A stretch of DNA of 63,413 nt, filler included, from Octopus bimaculoides (taxonomy: Eukaryota): the NCBI RefSeq assembly GCF_001194135.2. It is 6 parts of 5 records of this genome, joined end to end, with 100 filler letters (N's around TTAATTAATTAA, not from the genome) between each part and the next. Parts side by side here need not be neighbours in the genome. Positions count along the whole stretch, not along the records: positions 27,021 to 37,724 come from NC_069004.1; positions 37,825 to 53,371 come from NC_068981.1; 4 more parts are not named here. One strand, 5' to 3'. The position numbers and the translations under genes are program-made. The notes under the pieces were generated by a model. The model was not told the DNA's origin. It saw nothing but the letters and a program-made list of their open reading frames with translations, and did no database searches. How positions within the stretch are numbered: the first letter of the stretch is position 1; each line of letters starts with the position of its first letter. This document shows, in pieces, positions 26,921 to 38,405 of this stretch.

Positions 26921-29900
26921 NNNNNNNNNNNNNNNNNNNNNNNNNNNNNNNNNNNNNNNNNNNNTTAATTAATTAANNNNNNNNNNNNNNNNNNNNNNNN
27001 NNNNNNNNNNNNNNNNNNNNTGTATATGTATGTATATATACTTCATTGCTTTCATAACCCTATTCAGTTATTTTTCCTCTGGGAAGCTATTTCTAGAAAA
27101 ATTACAAGTCTGGAGTAGTTTAAACATTAGAAATAATTGCTGAATCATTAAAAGAGGACACAAAAATATGTACGTACACACACACACACACACACATACA
27201 CGTATTACAGAGTGCACAAAGTAATTATGTTACCCTGTCTCACGCCCATCTATTTTCTTCCTTCTGGCTTTCATTAATTTACCAAAAAAGAAACAAGAAT
27301 ATTAATTGCGGAACAGTTGCGAAAGTGTCAACCAAGTATTCTAGGTCATTCTGTGGTTGTCGTGGTTGAAGCTAAAAGAAACCTGGCGCGTGTGTATATA
27401 TATGTGTGTGTGTGTCGTCTATGTGTTTGTCTCCGACCACTGCTTGACAACCAGTGTTGGTGTGTTTACATCCCTGTAATTCAATGGTTCAGCAAAAGAC
27501 GCCAGTACAATAAGTTCCAGGCTTTACAAGAAAATAATAAGTGCTGAGATTGACTTGTTCCACTCAAATCCTTCAAGGTAGTGCCCCAGCATGGCCGCAG
27601 TCTAATGAGTGAAACAACTAAAAGAATAAAAGATGGAAGAATGTTTACAGACTTCATAGATCTTCTCCAACAGGTGAAAGACATTCACACACACAAATAG
27701 GTAAAATGAATTCAGTGTATGGATGAAACTTCTAATTTCACCGCAGTTGGATCATTCATATTCCCAACAGCAGTCATGTAGAATAAAATGTCTTGTCCCA
27801 GAATAACAGTAAAACCCCTGCAGTTAATTTGAACTCATGTACTCCAAAGAAGATTTTGCTGTTATTTTTAGTAGGTTCAGTAATCATGTAGTGATTATTT
27901 CATTGGTTGCCAAACTCTGTGCCAACTTTGACCCAGCAGTCCAGCTGTTATAATTCTCTATTTATTCAGGCATAGCATATCATGGACTACATTACCCAAT
28001 GTGTGGTTCCCCCTTTAACACAGTGGGAAGTGATTTGAGGGAGATTTAACTGTTGCTTAACCTGATATAAACCCTGATCCAACAGATCTATGTCTGGCCT
28101 TATGAAAATGTTACCTTGCTTGGAAACAGGTGAGAGTTGGCAACAGGAAGGGCATTCAGCTGTAGAAAACCTTCCTTTCTGCCTCAATGAATTCCATCTG
28201 AGCTATGGTGATGATGATGATGATGATGATGATAGTGCCAAAAGTAATTCTACTATCAACACTAGGGTGTGATTTAATGGAGATTCAGCTATCATTTCTA
28301 GGAAGTCAAATGACCATGTAGAGGCTCCTTCGTTGGCTTAGTAAGCTTGACATGTTGAAACTGGAGATGTCTAAGATCAGAAGGCCTCTTATGTCAGCAA
28401 ACAGATTTTTCAAACGTTGCACATGTTATTTACTTTACTCCCACACAATGTATTTTGACAGTCTACACCCAAAAGAGACAGGCCTACTAAGAAAGAAAAA
28501 GAAAAAGAAGAGAAAACAGGCAGAGAAAGAAGAAACAGTAACAGACAGATGTTGGGGGGGAGGAGATGAGGGCAATATGTGTTTAGAAAATTGGATTGTT
28601 TAAGTTTTTTATACATAGATAACAAACAGGATGTTGTATACACTAAATTTTATATACACACAGCGAGTGTTTTGGAATTTGAGTTACTCAACACAGCAAG
28701 TTATATTATCATAAACAATGTTTCCATCGTGTGGTTGTAAAAAAAAAGTGATGTGCAGAGAAAAATGTTTAAATCTGTTTTGTTATTGAAAAGCCTGAAT
28801 GCTTCTGAAAAGAGAAAAAGAAACAGACAGTAAATTTAATATATGTTAATGCAGATGTGTGCAGCAGATTTCAAAGAGTGTTTGATAAGCATCAAGATTT
28901 GCATTCAGCTCAACCTTCTGGCCAAGACAAAAGCATGAGAGCTGAGAGAACAAGATAATGTAGATTCATTTGGCTGCCATCAAGTAAACTCTGTTGCTGA
29001 GCTAAATCACTGCTGTATACGGTTTTCTAAACATGATGCAAGCATCATGTTATAGAGAAGCTCACTTCCAAACCTCTTGGTTATAGGTTCACTCCCATTG
29101 TGTGACACCTTGGGCAAGTCTCTTCTACCATAGCTCTGAGCTGACCAAAGCTTTGAGAGTGAATTTGATAGATGGAAACTGAAAGAAATCCAGCATATAT
29201 ATATATATATATATATATANNNNNNNNNNNNNNNNNNNNNNNNNNNNNNNNNNNNNNNNNNNNNNNNNNNNNNNNNNNNNNNNNNNNNNNNNNNNNNNNN
29301 NNNNNNNNNTGGGAAGCCAGGAGGCTGCACCAGGCTCCAGTCTGATTTGGTAAGGTTTCTACAGATGGATGCCCTTCCTAACACCAACCACTCTGTGAGC
29401 GGGTGCTTTTTATGTGCCAGGGGAGGCTGGCAACGGCCATAATCGGTTGGTGCTATATACGTGCCACCAGCACGGAAGCCAGTCAAAGTGGCGCTGGCAT
29501 CGGCCACATTTGGATGGTGCCTTTTATGGGCCACCAGCACGGTTATCACAACTACAATTTCCATTTGATTTTCATTTTGATGTTGATGTACTTGACTCAA
29601 TAGGTCTCCTCAAGCACAGCAGGTGACCCTACGATCCAAGGTACTTTTGAATGGGCTGGGGCTGGTTCTGTGAAACTGGTGTAGGATACAGCCGTGAACT
29701 CACTTTATTTGCCGGGTCTTCACAGTCACAGCACATCTGCAGCGGTCTCGGTCTTTCACCATTGCCTCTGTGAGGTATTATATATATGTATATATATAAT
29801 AAGAATAAAAGGTTGCACAGGAAGATGACAAGGGAACTCATGGAAAACATACACAAAAGATGTAGACACACACATCACTCATCAGTTATTGACAAAAGAT

Positions 29901-30104
29901 CATTATAATTTCGCTCCTGCTTGAAATAAATAGTCCAGCATCCGTGAGGAAGGGTTATCTCCCTTAGACCAGCTATTTGTGACCTGGGAGAGGGAAAACG
30001 AGGTATTTATTTCTGGGCTGCTTTTTGGATTATAAGGAACCTCCTGGGATTAGTCAGCAGACAGGGAATCTCGTGCTTGCAGCAGGCAGTGCTTGGAATG
30101 GATA

Positions 30105-30395
30105 AATGGTGTGAAGACAATTTCATGGCTTTCAGACAATTTCTGCCACCACATCACCCCCAACATCTGGCCACCTAACTCCCCAGACTGCAACCCCCTT
30201 GATTATTATGTATGGAGCACAGTTGAGCAAGAGACCAACAAAACTCCTTGTAACATTAAAGATGAACTGAAGGCAAAGACTATGGCAGCATTCACCAACT
30301 TAGACAAGGAGACCATCCCGAAAAATTGCAGGAGATTCCGAAGTCATCTGGAGGCTGTGGTTGAAGCCAATGGCGATTTTATTGAGTGGACTGAG
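30105..30395 (+). mobile_element. Tc1/mariner (DD37D/maT-like) transposase C-terminal fragment
   Basis: WPPNSPDCNPLDYYVWS...CRRFRSHLEAVVEANGDFIE. Confidence 0.85.
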
Positions 30396-30875
30396 TGGCA
30401 AGAGCACAGGTGAATTCTGGCATGGTTTTAACAGCTAGATGTGCTTGTGTGTATGTTTGTGTCTGTGTTTGACTCCACCACTACCACTTGACAACCAGCA
30501 TTGGTATGTTTGCATCCCTGTAACTTTGCCATTTGGCACAAGAGAGACCGACAGAATAAATAAGCATCAGGCCTCAGAAGAAAAAAATTAGAACTGGGAT
30601 CAATCTGTTCAACTAAAATTCGCCAAGGCGGTGCTCCAGCATGGCCACAGGCTGATGTCTGAAACAAGTAAAAGTGTAAAAGAGTAAGCAGCTGGCTGAT
30701 ATGAACTGTCTAAATAGATAGAATGGTCACAGCTGGACTGTCTCTGATCATAGATCAGCAAAAAGGCGGTTGACTTGAGGCTAAAAAAACAAACAATAAC
30801 AACATTACTATCCTCTCTCTTATATATATATATATATTTTTTTTTTTTCTGTCATTGCAGTTGCACTTTTTGACA

Positions 30876-31223
30876 ATGAAACTGCTGCTTACCATTCTGT
30901 TTACCATTCTGTGCCTGCAGGTGCAGGCACAGAGACAATGCTTCCACGATTCACGTGTTAACTGCGTCAGCAAGTGCCTCATGTGCCTGATCCTTGGGAA
31001 GAGATGTCCAGTGGACGCACCAATCAAAAATGGCACAAATGCCTGCTGTGAACATTGTAGAACTAGAATGTATCGCCTGCCTGAAGGAAATCCTGACATC
31101 GTTGTCTATGGACTGGCAACGTGTCGTAATGTGCCCGACTTTCATAAATGCCGATCCAATTTCTACGAAACAGTTCGACCATTTTCTTACCAAACATTCT
31201 TTAATGTGGACTGCAAAAAATAA
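30876..31223 (+). CDS. Secreted cysteine-rich protein A (115 aa; predicted 18-aa signal peptide; 11 Cys in mature chain), family unknown
   Basis: Intact ORF from ATG 30876 (MKLLLTILFTILCLQVQA|QRQCF...). Polypyrimidine tract plus TTGCAG acceptor ends at 30860, implying a 5'UTR intron. AATAAA at 31646 and 31668. Cys spacing is shared with the ORF at 32021. Confidence 0.8.
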   Translation: MKLLLTILFTILCLQVQAQRQCFHDSRVNCVSKCLMCLILGKRCPVDAPIKNGTNACCEHCRTRMYRLPEGNPDIVVYGLATCRNVPDFHKCRSNFYETVRPFSYQTFFNVDCKK

Positions 31224-31285
31224 TTGAAATTTGTGTGTGATTGTCTGCATGTGTGTGTGTGTGTGTGCATGTGTGTGTGTATATA

Positions 31286-31345
<60 letters not shown>

Positions 31346-32020
31346 TATATAAGAGAAAATATAATTTCATCAAAATATGCTACCGGTTTCAATCATTTTA
31401 GTCATAGTGAAAGATGATTTAGTCTTGCTGTAAGAGAAGGGAAAATATAATGGCATAAATTAAGTAAATCTTTTATAATATCAGTTCCAGAAGCTTGCAT
31501 GTTTTTCTTTCAATATATATATATAAGCGATGCTGCTTACCAAAAACCACCACATATATACATATATAGTTTGTATACGTTTGTATGTATATGTGTATAT
31601 ATGTATGTGAATGTTTTGCTTTTTATTTCTGATTTGTAAAACCAAAATAAATGAAAGAACTTTTGACAATAAATGGTAAGAATTGAACCACTCAAAGACA
31701 GAAATCATCTTGTCATTTATTTCATCTTTACCAATATATTTTCGTTTGTTATCATTTACTTTGTTCCAACATGGCCATCCACCCAAAAATTAAGTCACTC
31801 GCTTTTTTTCTCTTTTATTCAGTTTGTTTGCATGCTTACTCCAGTATTCATTCCGATATCTCAGGATATGGACGCTAGGAAGATCTTATCCTATATATAT
31901 AGCACCATATGTAATGTGAGAATGCTGTGGTGTTTCTGTTGTCAGTATATCAAAACATTTCTCCTTTCTTATTTCCTCCTACTACAGGTTTTTTTTCTGT
32001 AACCAACTCAGAAGGAAACA

Positions 32021-32395
32021 ATGAAAGGCTGTCAATACATTGTCGTCAGTTTGCTATTTGCTGCGTTGGTGTCTTCGGTGTCCTGCCAATGGTTTTACAA
32101 CAATCAACTGAACTGCTTTGCCCGTTGCATGACTTGCCTTATGACCGGGCTCGACTGTGAACCTCACCATCCATTCCCATCAGGCTATGAAGAGTGCCAG
32201 TTCAACTGCATATTAGAACACGCGACCGTTTATCAAACCCTTTCAGCAATTCAAAACGGTTTACATGTTTGCAGGGAGAGAAAAACAAGAGACCTCAACG
32301 TTCTTAACTCGTGTGTCCGTCATCAAATTAGAGTTATGTTCCCAGAAGTCTATGTGCAGTTAACTTGGATGCCTCAAACCAGAACAGCATACTGA
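32021..32395 (+). CDS. Secreted cysteine-rich protein B (124 aa; predicted 22-aa signal peptide; 8 Cys in mature chain), paralogue of A
   Basis: Intact ORF MKGCQYIVVSLLFAALVSSVSC|QWFYNNQLNC... Upstream there is an acceptor-like pyrimidine tract + TACAG ending 31987 and a TATA-like run at 31892-31901. AATAAA at 32574. The C-x3-C-x2-C-x6-C-x12-C-x3-C pattern is identical to protein A. Confidence 0.8.
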   Translation: MKGCQYIVVSLLFAALVSSVSCQWFYNNQLNCFARCMTCLMTGLDCEPHHPFPSGYEECQFNCILEHATVYQTLSAIQNGLHVCRERKTRDLNVLNSCVRHQIRVMFPEVYVQLTWMPQTRTAY

Positions 32396-34269
32396 AAAAC
32401 TTGCTGATTCTTTTTTTTTCATTTTGAATGTAAAATTGCATGTAAAATTGAAAATATCAAATTAATTTTGAAATATATTTCAAAGCTACTGAACACAAAA
32501 AGATATTTCCTTTTAAATATGTTGTGTGTCAAAATAATTATGAAAGACATGTACAGCAATTAACAGAAAGGAAAATAAACAGATATGGATAAACTCATTT
32601 CATCAGCCAGGTTTTTATTTAAAGTCATTATGATTTCAGTCCTGGAAAACAGGGAATCACTTATCAGTGTTAGTTTGTTTTAAGCCATCATAATCTAACA
32701 GTTAAACATGAGACCTATAAAAATAAGTATCAGACTTAAAAATAAATAGTCGAGTTGATTTTTTTTCAACTAAACCTTTAAAGGTAGAGCTTCTGCATGA
32801 CTGCATTCCAACGACTGAAACAAGTAAACAATAAGAGAATAAGAAATATGTGTGTGTGTGTGTGTGTTATATAAATGTACACATACACATATACATATAT
32901 ATATAACTGACCCAATAGTTCAATCATTGGTGGAATGGTCTGATTCTCAGCATCCAATCAAATGGGCCAAACGTTGTTATGAATATTGATTTATTGACTA
33001 CATCAAATACATGGTAGGGGCCACCAAATACAGAAGGGCTGGGCAAGATAGCCAACTGGTGTTAACTTGACTTCAGTTCAGTGAAGCAAGCAATGGATCA
33101 GAGGCAGCCATTGAAGTAGTTGATTGAAACCATGCAGACACAAACACACACATACAAACTCAAATTGCTTACTAAGTACATGAATAATTTAGATTTATTT
33201 AATTTTTATTTTTTCTTTATCTGTCACCCTTTTCTTACATCTTCAATAAATTTATGGCTTTATTTCACAAGAAAATGTAATGTATAATTTGCATATTTTT
33301 TGTTTTTTAAAAAACACTTGCATTCAGTCATTGATGTTTCATTCATAATTCATTGATCAGTAGGACTGGAGTGGTTAATATCCACATTACATGTATGCTG
33401 GACATTACCTTACTTAACCACAATTCACAGAAGATTTTTACATCTACACAATATATCTTTCCCATCTCTCTCTTTGCCAGAAATGCTTTCTCCTTTACCT
33501 TCCAGAGAGTAAATGACAGTGTGTAGTTAATGGACCTTAGTTACTTCATACTGAAGAGATTCAGTTATATCAAAATAGCAGCTATATACGAATATTAAGG
33601 CCATTTTAGTTGAAGCAAAAGAAACAAAAAAATGAAAAGAAAAGGAAAACTGGTGGTAGGGGTTGTGGTGAGAGGAACATAAAGAATCTCAGTTCAGTTC
33701 TAACTGGTCTTGATGGATAGTATAGTATGAAATAGCAGCCAGACAGTTTAATCTCCATCCAGCAAGAATATACAAAAATGGAAAAATATACAAAACTTGT
33801 TTGAGGTAAAAAAAATTAACTGAGGATACAAAAAGAAGTTTTATTTTGCATGGCAGGATTACTTTGCAAATATTTTACTTACATCTAAGAAATTTCTCTC
33901 TTTCTCTCTCTTTTCTATTCTGTTAAAGTGTTTAATGATTTAGGATGTAAAGAAAATTTACATCATGCTATTATATCCTTATGCCTCCAGCATAGTAGTA
34001 CAGTTGATATTGTCAACAATAAATGAAGAATACACTGTTAGAGTGTTATAACAATACGAAATAGAAACAGCAGCAGTGACAAACATGCAATGAACCAACA
34101 ATCACTATTTCCAGCACACTAATCCAAACTGTAAACTGCACCTGGAACATCGAAGACCAAACTATGAACTGCTGACTATTGCCAGACCACTACTATTTAT
34201 ACGTAGTGGTCCTGTTTAATCTCATCAGAGCGTGTTGTACTCTTGCCACAATGCACACACACACACACA

Positions 34270-34516
34270 CCAGGGGGATCCAGGATTTTTTTCGAGGTGG
34301 GGAGTTTTGAAAAAAATACTATATAAGGAGGGAATCACAATTCGTAACAAATGGACCCATTTTTCTGTATTCTGACTTTGTTGTAGCAGACCGTATGAAA
34401 GAGTAATGGTGTGGAACTGCTAGAAATAAAATAACAATGTTATAATATTTGCAACGGCTCAGTTAGAAAGGGTGTTGCCTGGGTAACTAGGACAACACCC
34501 CTGCATCCACTACTGC
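34270..34516. mobile_element. MITE-like element with CAG(T/G)GG..GGATCCAG-type termini
   Basis: Left CAGGGGGATCCAGG, right CCCCTGCATCCACTACTG. Internal hairpin GGGTGTTG...CAACACCC. Confidence 0.45.
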
Positions 34517-34829
34517 ACACACACACACATGTTACACTGTGAACTATTTCTGTTCTTCTCTCTGTTTAAGTAACTTTATAGAATGTTGAATTCAGCTTAC
34601 TTAATTTATGTCCTCAGTTATATCATACTGAAGGCTTCAAAGAAGAATGGCAAACAGTGACTAAAAACGTTAAGAAGTTTATTTTGTACAAAAGAAGAAA
34701 AAAAAATGGAAAATTAAGATTAAAAATTGAATATGGATGTTGTTCAACTAAGTTTAACTTAGAAGTGATTCTCTCCCTTTAATCGGAAACATATCAGAGG
34801 CCAACCACATATTCAAATAGAAATATAAT

Positions 34830-35170
34830 TAAAGAGCACTGAGAGAGTGCAAACCTCCACTAAGGCAACGCCAATGTCCTCTCAACGAGTAGTCAGAGAT
34901 GATTTTTAAAATGAGAATATCTGAAATAAACTCGACTGCTCTCACAAATGAGAATACTAAAAATGAACCTGACCACTCTCAAAATTTTTTTTTAAAAATA
35001 AAAAAAAAAGGAAAAATAATCCAGAATCCCTGTCTGGTACCGAATCGATCCCAAAATCTAATCAGTTCGTTACAGTCATGAGGCCAAACATCCCTGAAAA
35101 TTTCATCCAAATCCATCCAGCGATTTCTTGAAAAAACAATACCTCTGCCTTCGCTAAGGCAGAGGTAATA
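34830..35170 (+). mobile_element. Non-autonomous Helentron-type element (HINE/DINE-like)
   Basis: 5' GCAAACCTCCACTAAGGC segment and a perfect 3' hairpin TACCTCTGCCTT-CGCT-AAGGCAGAGGTA at 35140-35167. Confidence 0.65.
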
Positions 35171-35390
35171 AATCCAATAAAATTATTTGATATATTTTAT
35201 CCCATTAAACTTAAATGTAATTCACTAAACAAAAGATATAACTGGAAAGACAGCTCTCTTTCTAGCAAAATACATAAATAACTCATAAACAAATAGCGTA
35301 TTTTTATCTTATTTCCTCTACAAAACCAAGAACAAAAAGTGTTCAACTATTATATAACCCACAGTATTTGAATACAGCCTTTATTTAATA

Positions 35391-35627
35391 TTAACTCTTC
35401 AGCATTTAAACTGGCCATTTCCAGCCCAAATATTCTATCTGTTTTGTGTTCAAACAGACAAGATCTGTCCAGTCACACCTACCCTACAATGTCATTCTGA
35501 AAATAAACAATCACATTATCAAAGTCTTGATGTTACAATACAATACATGATTCCCTTGAAACAACATGAATAAATGAACAAAATATTCATTGTATTTGGC
35601 AGAGAAATCTGAATACTAAAGGTTTAA
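35391..35627. mobile_element. piggyBac-like MITE
   Basis: TTAA at both ends with imperfect TIRs (TTAACTCTTCAGCATT / AATACTAAAGGTTTAA). Confidence 0.55.
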
Positions 35628-36632
35628 CCAAACAGGATTCATACATATTTCATAATATCTATTAAATACACAAATTCAGACTGAGCAGACAACAACATAC
35701 AAAGATCACACAACCAGAGGAACTCAACTCAGGGGAGAAAGTATTTCTCTATAGTAAATTGATGTATAAACATGAAGTATTCAGGAGCTCAATTATTAAT
35801 ACATCATTAAACTCCAATAAATTATTAGAATGCAATAGAGAGAGACACTAAATACAATTTCACAGAAAATAATTTTCAAAAACAGATGCAAACATGTCTG
35901 TACATTTTAAAGATAATATGGAATTCTGGGATATGTATGAAAGTGTTAACATCTACAATGAAAATGTAATGAAACAACTAAATATTTCTTATTCATAGCT
36001 GACCAATTAAACATGTTAGAAGGACATTATGTATTGTGTCCACTGCTAACATAACTTTAAGGCATTTGTTACTATATTCCAGTTGAAATACACTGACTTT
36101 GTGCCAATTAATTTTGAAAATAAGGTAGAATTTAGTAAAATAACCTGGTCGTTATTAAGTTGGTAATTAGAACATAAATTAACTTGAAATTTCTCTGAAA
36201 GGTTTTAATTTAGATCACTTTAACCCTTTTGTTGACATAATCCTGTTGAAATATGCAGACTTTGAAATAATAAAGAATTTAGTCAAATAACTGATTGCTA
36301 AGCTGATGATTAGAGCATAAATAAACATGAAATTTTGATGAAAGATTTTAATTTAGATCATATGGAACCATGGGTAGCCTTGGACAGACTGGTATCAGAA
36401 GCTGTCATAGTAAAAGCTATAAGAGATTGGTAATTCTTTGCCAAATTTACAACGAATGTCAAACTCGGAATGGAAACAAGGATATGTTTACTGCAACTGT
36501 TTAGGGGGTACTTTAGGGGTGGAATAATAAAAACCGCTCATTGTCTTCGTATTATATATAAAAACATTCCTAATGTATTTCATTTTTATTTTCCTGGAAA
36601 TAAAAATATGACAATAACTTTTCTTTGCCCAA

Positions 36633-36706
<74 letters not shown>

Positions 36707-37309
36707 ATGTATGTATGTATGTATGTATGTATGTATACAAAGATAGATAGACAGACAGACAGGTAGAGAGAGAGATACATACATACATAACAAATAATAT
36801 ATAATTATATGCATATATCCATACATATATGCACATACCTACATCTATATGTATACATACATCCATATATGGGTACAGGACATCACAAAAAATGTTAAAC
36901 CCAATGAGAAATGAAAACATAAAGAAGACAGAAAACGAACTTTTTTACGAACAACGAAAAAAACAGAGAAACGAGACATGCAACATAAAGAATATTTCCC
37001 TTCTTCAGTTGTCCCTGTTCCATCTACTCCGCGTTTCGAAGGCAAGGACAATACGCGACTTCGTCGGAACAGTCCTTCCCGCAAAGCAAATTAAATAAAA
37101 TTTGGAATTTTTTGCAAAGGGTGAAAGTGTAAATAAGAACAGGACAGTGAGAACAAGACAGTAAAAACAAGACAGAACAGTGAAAACAAACGGTAAGGAC
37201 TGTTAGGCCAAGACGATAGAAAAATTATTATTTTGAACGCGAAGTTAGATGTGAATGAGAGACAAAAAAATTCACGTCTTCTCTATAGGAAGGCAGGAAG
37301 TAGATACAT

Positions 37310-37610
37310 ACATACATTTATCCAGACTATGAATTCATATTCATACCAATAATAATTGGAGCACTAGGTTTTGTTAGTAAATGCTTAAAGGAGACTCTGG
37401 ATAAACTGGGATTTTCAGAAAGAGAAATCGACCGGCTGATTCGTACATTACAAGTGCAATCTGTGAGTGGAACAGTAAAAATATGCAAGACTCTTTTCAA
37501 ATTCCAAATGTGAATTCGTCTGTGTTAGCTACACCTCAAAGAGATGGAGCCTTGTATCTTTGTTGGAAAGTGGCTCCCTCCTCAATGGAAGATTTATAAT
37601 AATTAAAAAA
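37310..37610 (+). mobile_element. REL-type LINE extreme 3' end
   Basis: IPIIIGALGFVSKCLKETLDKLGFSEREIDRLIRTLQVQSVSGTVKICKTLFKFQM*, plus a 3'UTR with a GGAGCC...GGCTCC stem. Confidence 0.8.
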
Positions 37611-37637
37611 ATAGAAGAGACATAAAAGATATATTCG

Positions 37638-37701
37638 TATAGAGTCTGGCGAGCTGTTCACAAGGCTTTGGCTTTGTGGATACGAAACCTTTGGTACCTA
37701 T
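37638..37701 (+). ncRNA. Hammerhead-like motif with 13-bp stem II, variant core CUGGCGA
   Basis: CTGGCGA (37646-52), stem GCTGTTCACAAGGC/GCTTTGTGGATAC, GAAAC (37684-88), ACC/GGT stem III, GTA triplet. Stem I is degenerate. Confidence 0.45.
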
Positions 37702-37824
37702 GTCCAAAATTTTAATTCTTGTTANNNNNNNNNNNNNNNNNNNNNNNNNNNNNNNNNNNNNNNNNNNNTTAATTAATTAANNNNNNNNNNNNNNNNNNNN
37801 NNNNNNNNNNNNNNNNNNNNNNNN

Positions 37825-38110
37825 ACCCCAAAATGGCTGAAGTTCAAAAGATAGTGCTCATGGGAACTGCCCATATCCTACGTAAAATACTGTCTATGTG
37901 ATCTCAAATTTTAAAGCAAACACATAATTTTCTTATGGTTTCTTAAACATTCACTTGAACAAAACTGTACAAATCCAAATATATGGTACCCTAGGCATAA
38001 CACCTACATGAACTTCTAACTTGTTGTCTCTTGAGGTCTCTGGGTGAGACTTGGATCCAACTTGTACAAATGCAAAACAAAAGTCAAACATAAAATAATA
38101 ATAATAATAA
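37825..38110 (+). mobile_element. 3' end of a second copy of the 17.1-19.6 kb LINE family
   Basis: Close match by eye to 19370-19640 (KMAEVQKIVLMGTAHILRKILSM*, same 3'UTR, TAA tail). Confidence 0.9.
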
Positions 38111-38316
38111 AAATTACCAAAAACATATAATGAAAAGAAACATAACAAGTAACTGAAGAATACAGAAAATTGCACTCCTGGGTACTGCACACATCCTACG
38201 TAAGACACTTTCAATACATAAACCATAAGAGCATCACAGCAAACCACAGCACATACCCAATGCACACAGAGCTGCGCTCGGTAGTGAAGTGAAAGCACGT
38301 TATAAAAATAAAACTA

Positions 38317-38393
<77 letters not shown>

Positions 38394-38405
38394 CAACAAC
38401 AACAA
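38111..38405 (+). mobile_element. 3' end of a related REL-type LINE followed by a long (AAT)n array
   Basis: Encodes IQKIALLGTAHILRKTLSI, has a distinct 3'UTR, then (AAT)n/(AAC)n at about 38319-38405. Confidence 0.75.

Noticed and set aside
30876-32395. Assignment of the Cys-rich proteins to eclosion hormone, CHH/ITP, insulin or macin families
   Set aside because: Only sub-motifs match. Overall Cys number and spacing differ: an extra Cys and 19 residues between the motifs, no insulin CC-x3-C-x8-C, and no macin terminal CxC. No gene symbol given.
32885-33110. Protein-like frame TDPIVQSLVEWSDSQHPIKWAKRCYEY*
   Set aside because: Short, interrupted by stops, no start or splice support, and no similarity to the neighbouring Cys framework.
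34212-34240. Hammerhead at minus-strand CTGATGA near 34225
   Set aside because: No stem II or GAAAC follows. CTGATGA at about 6236, 13857 and 53607 likewise lacks the rest of the fold.
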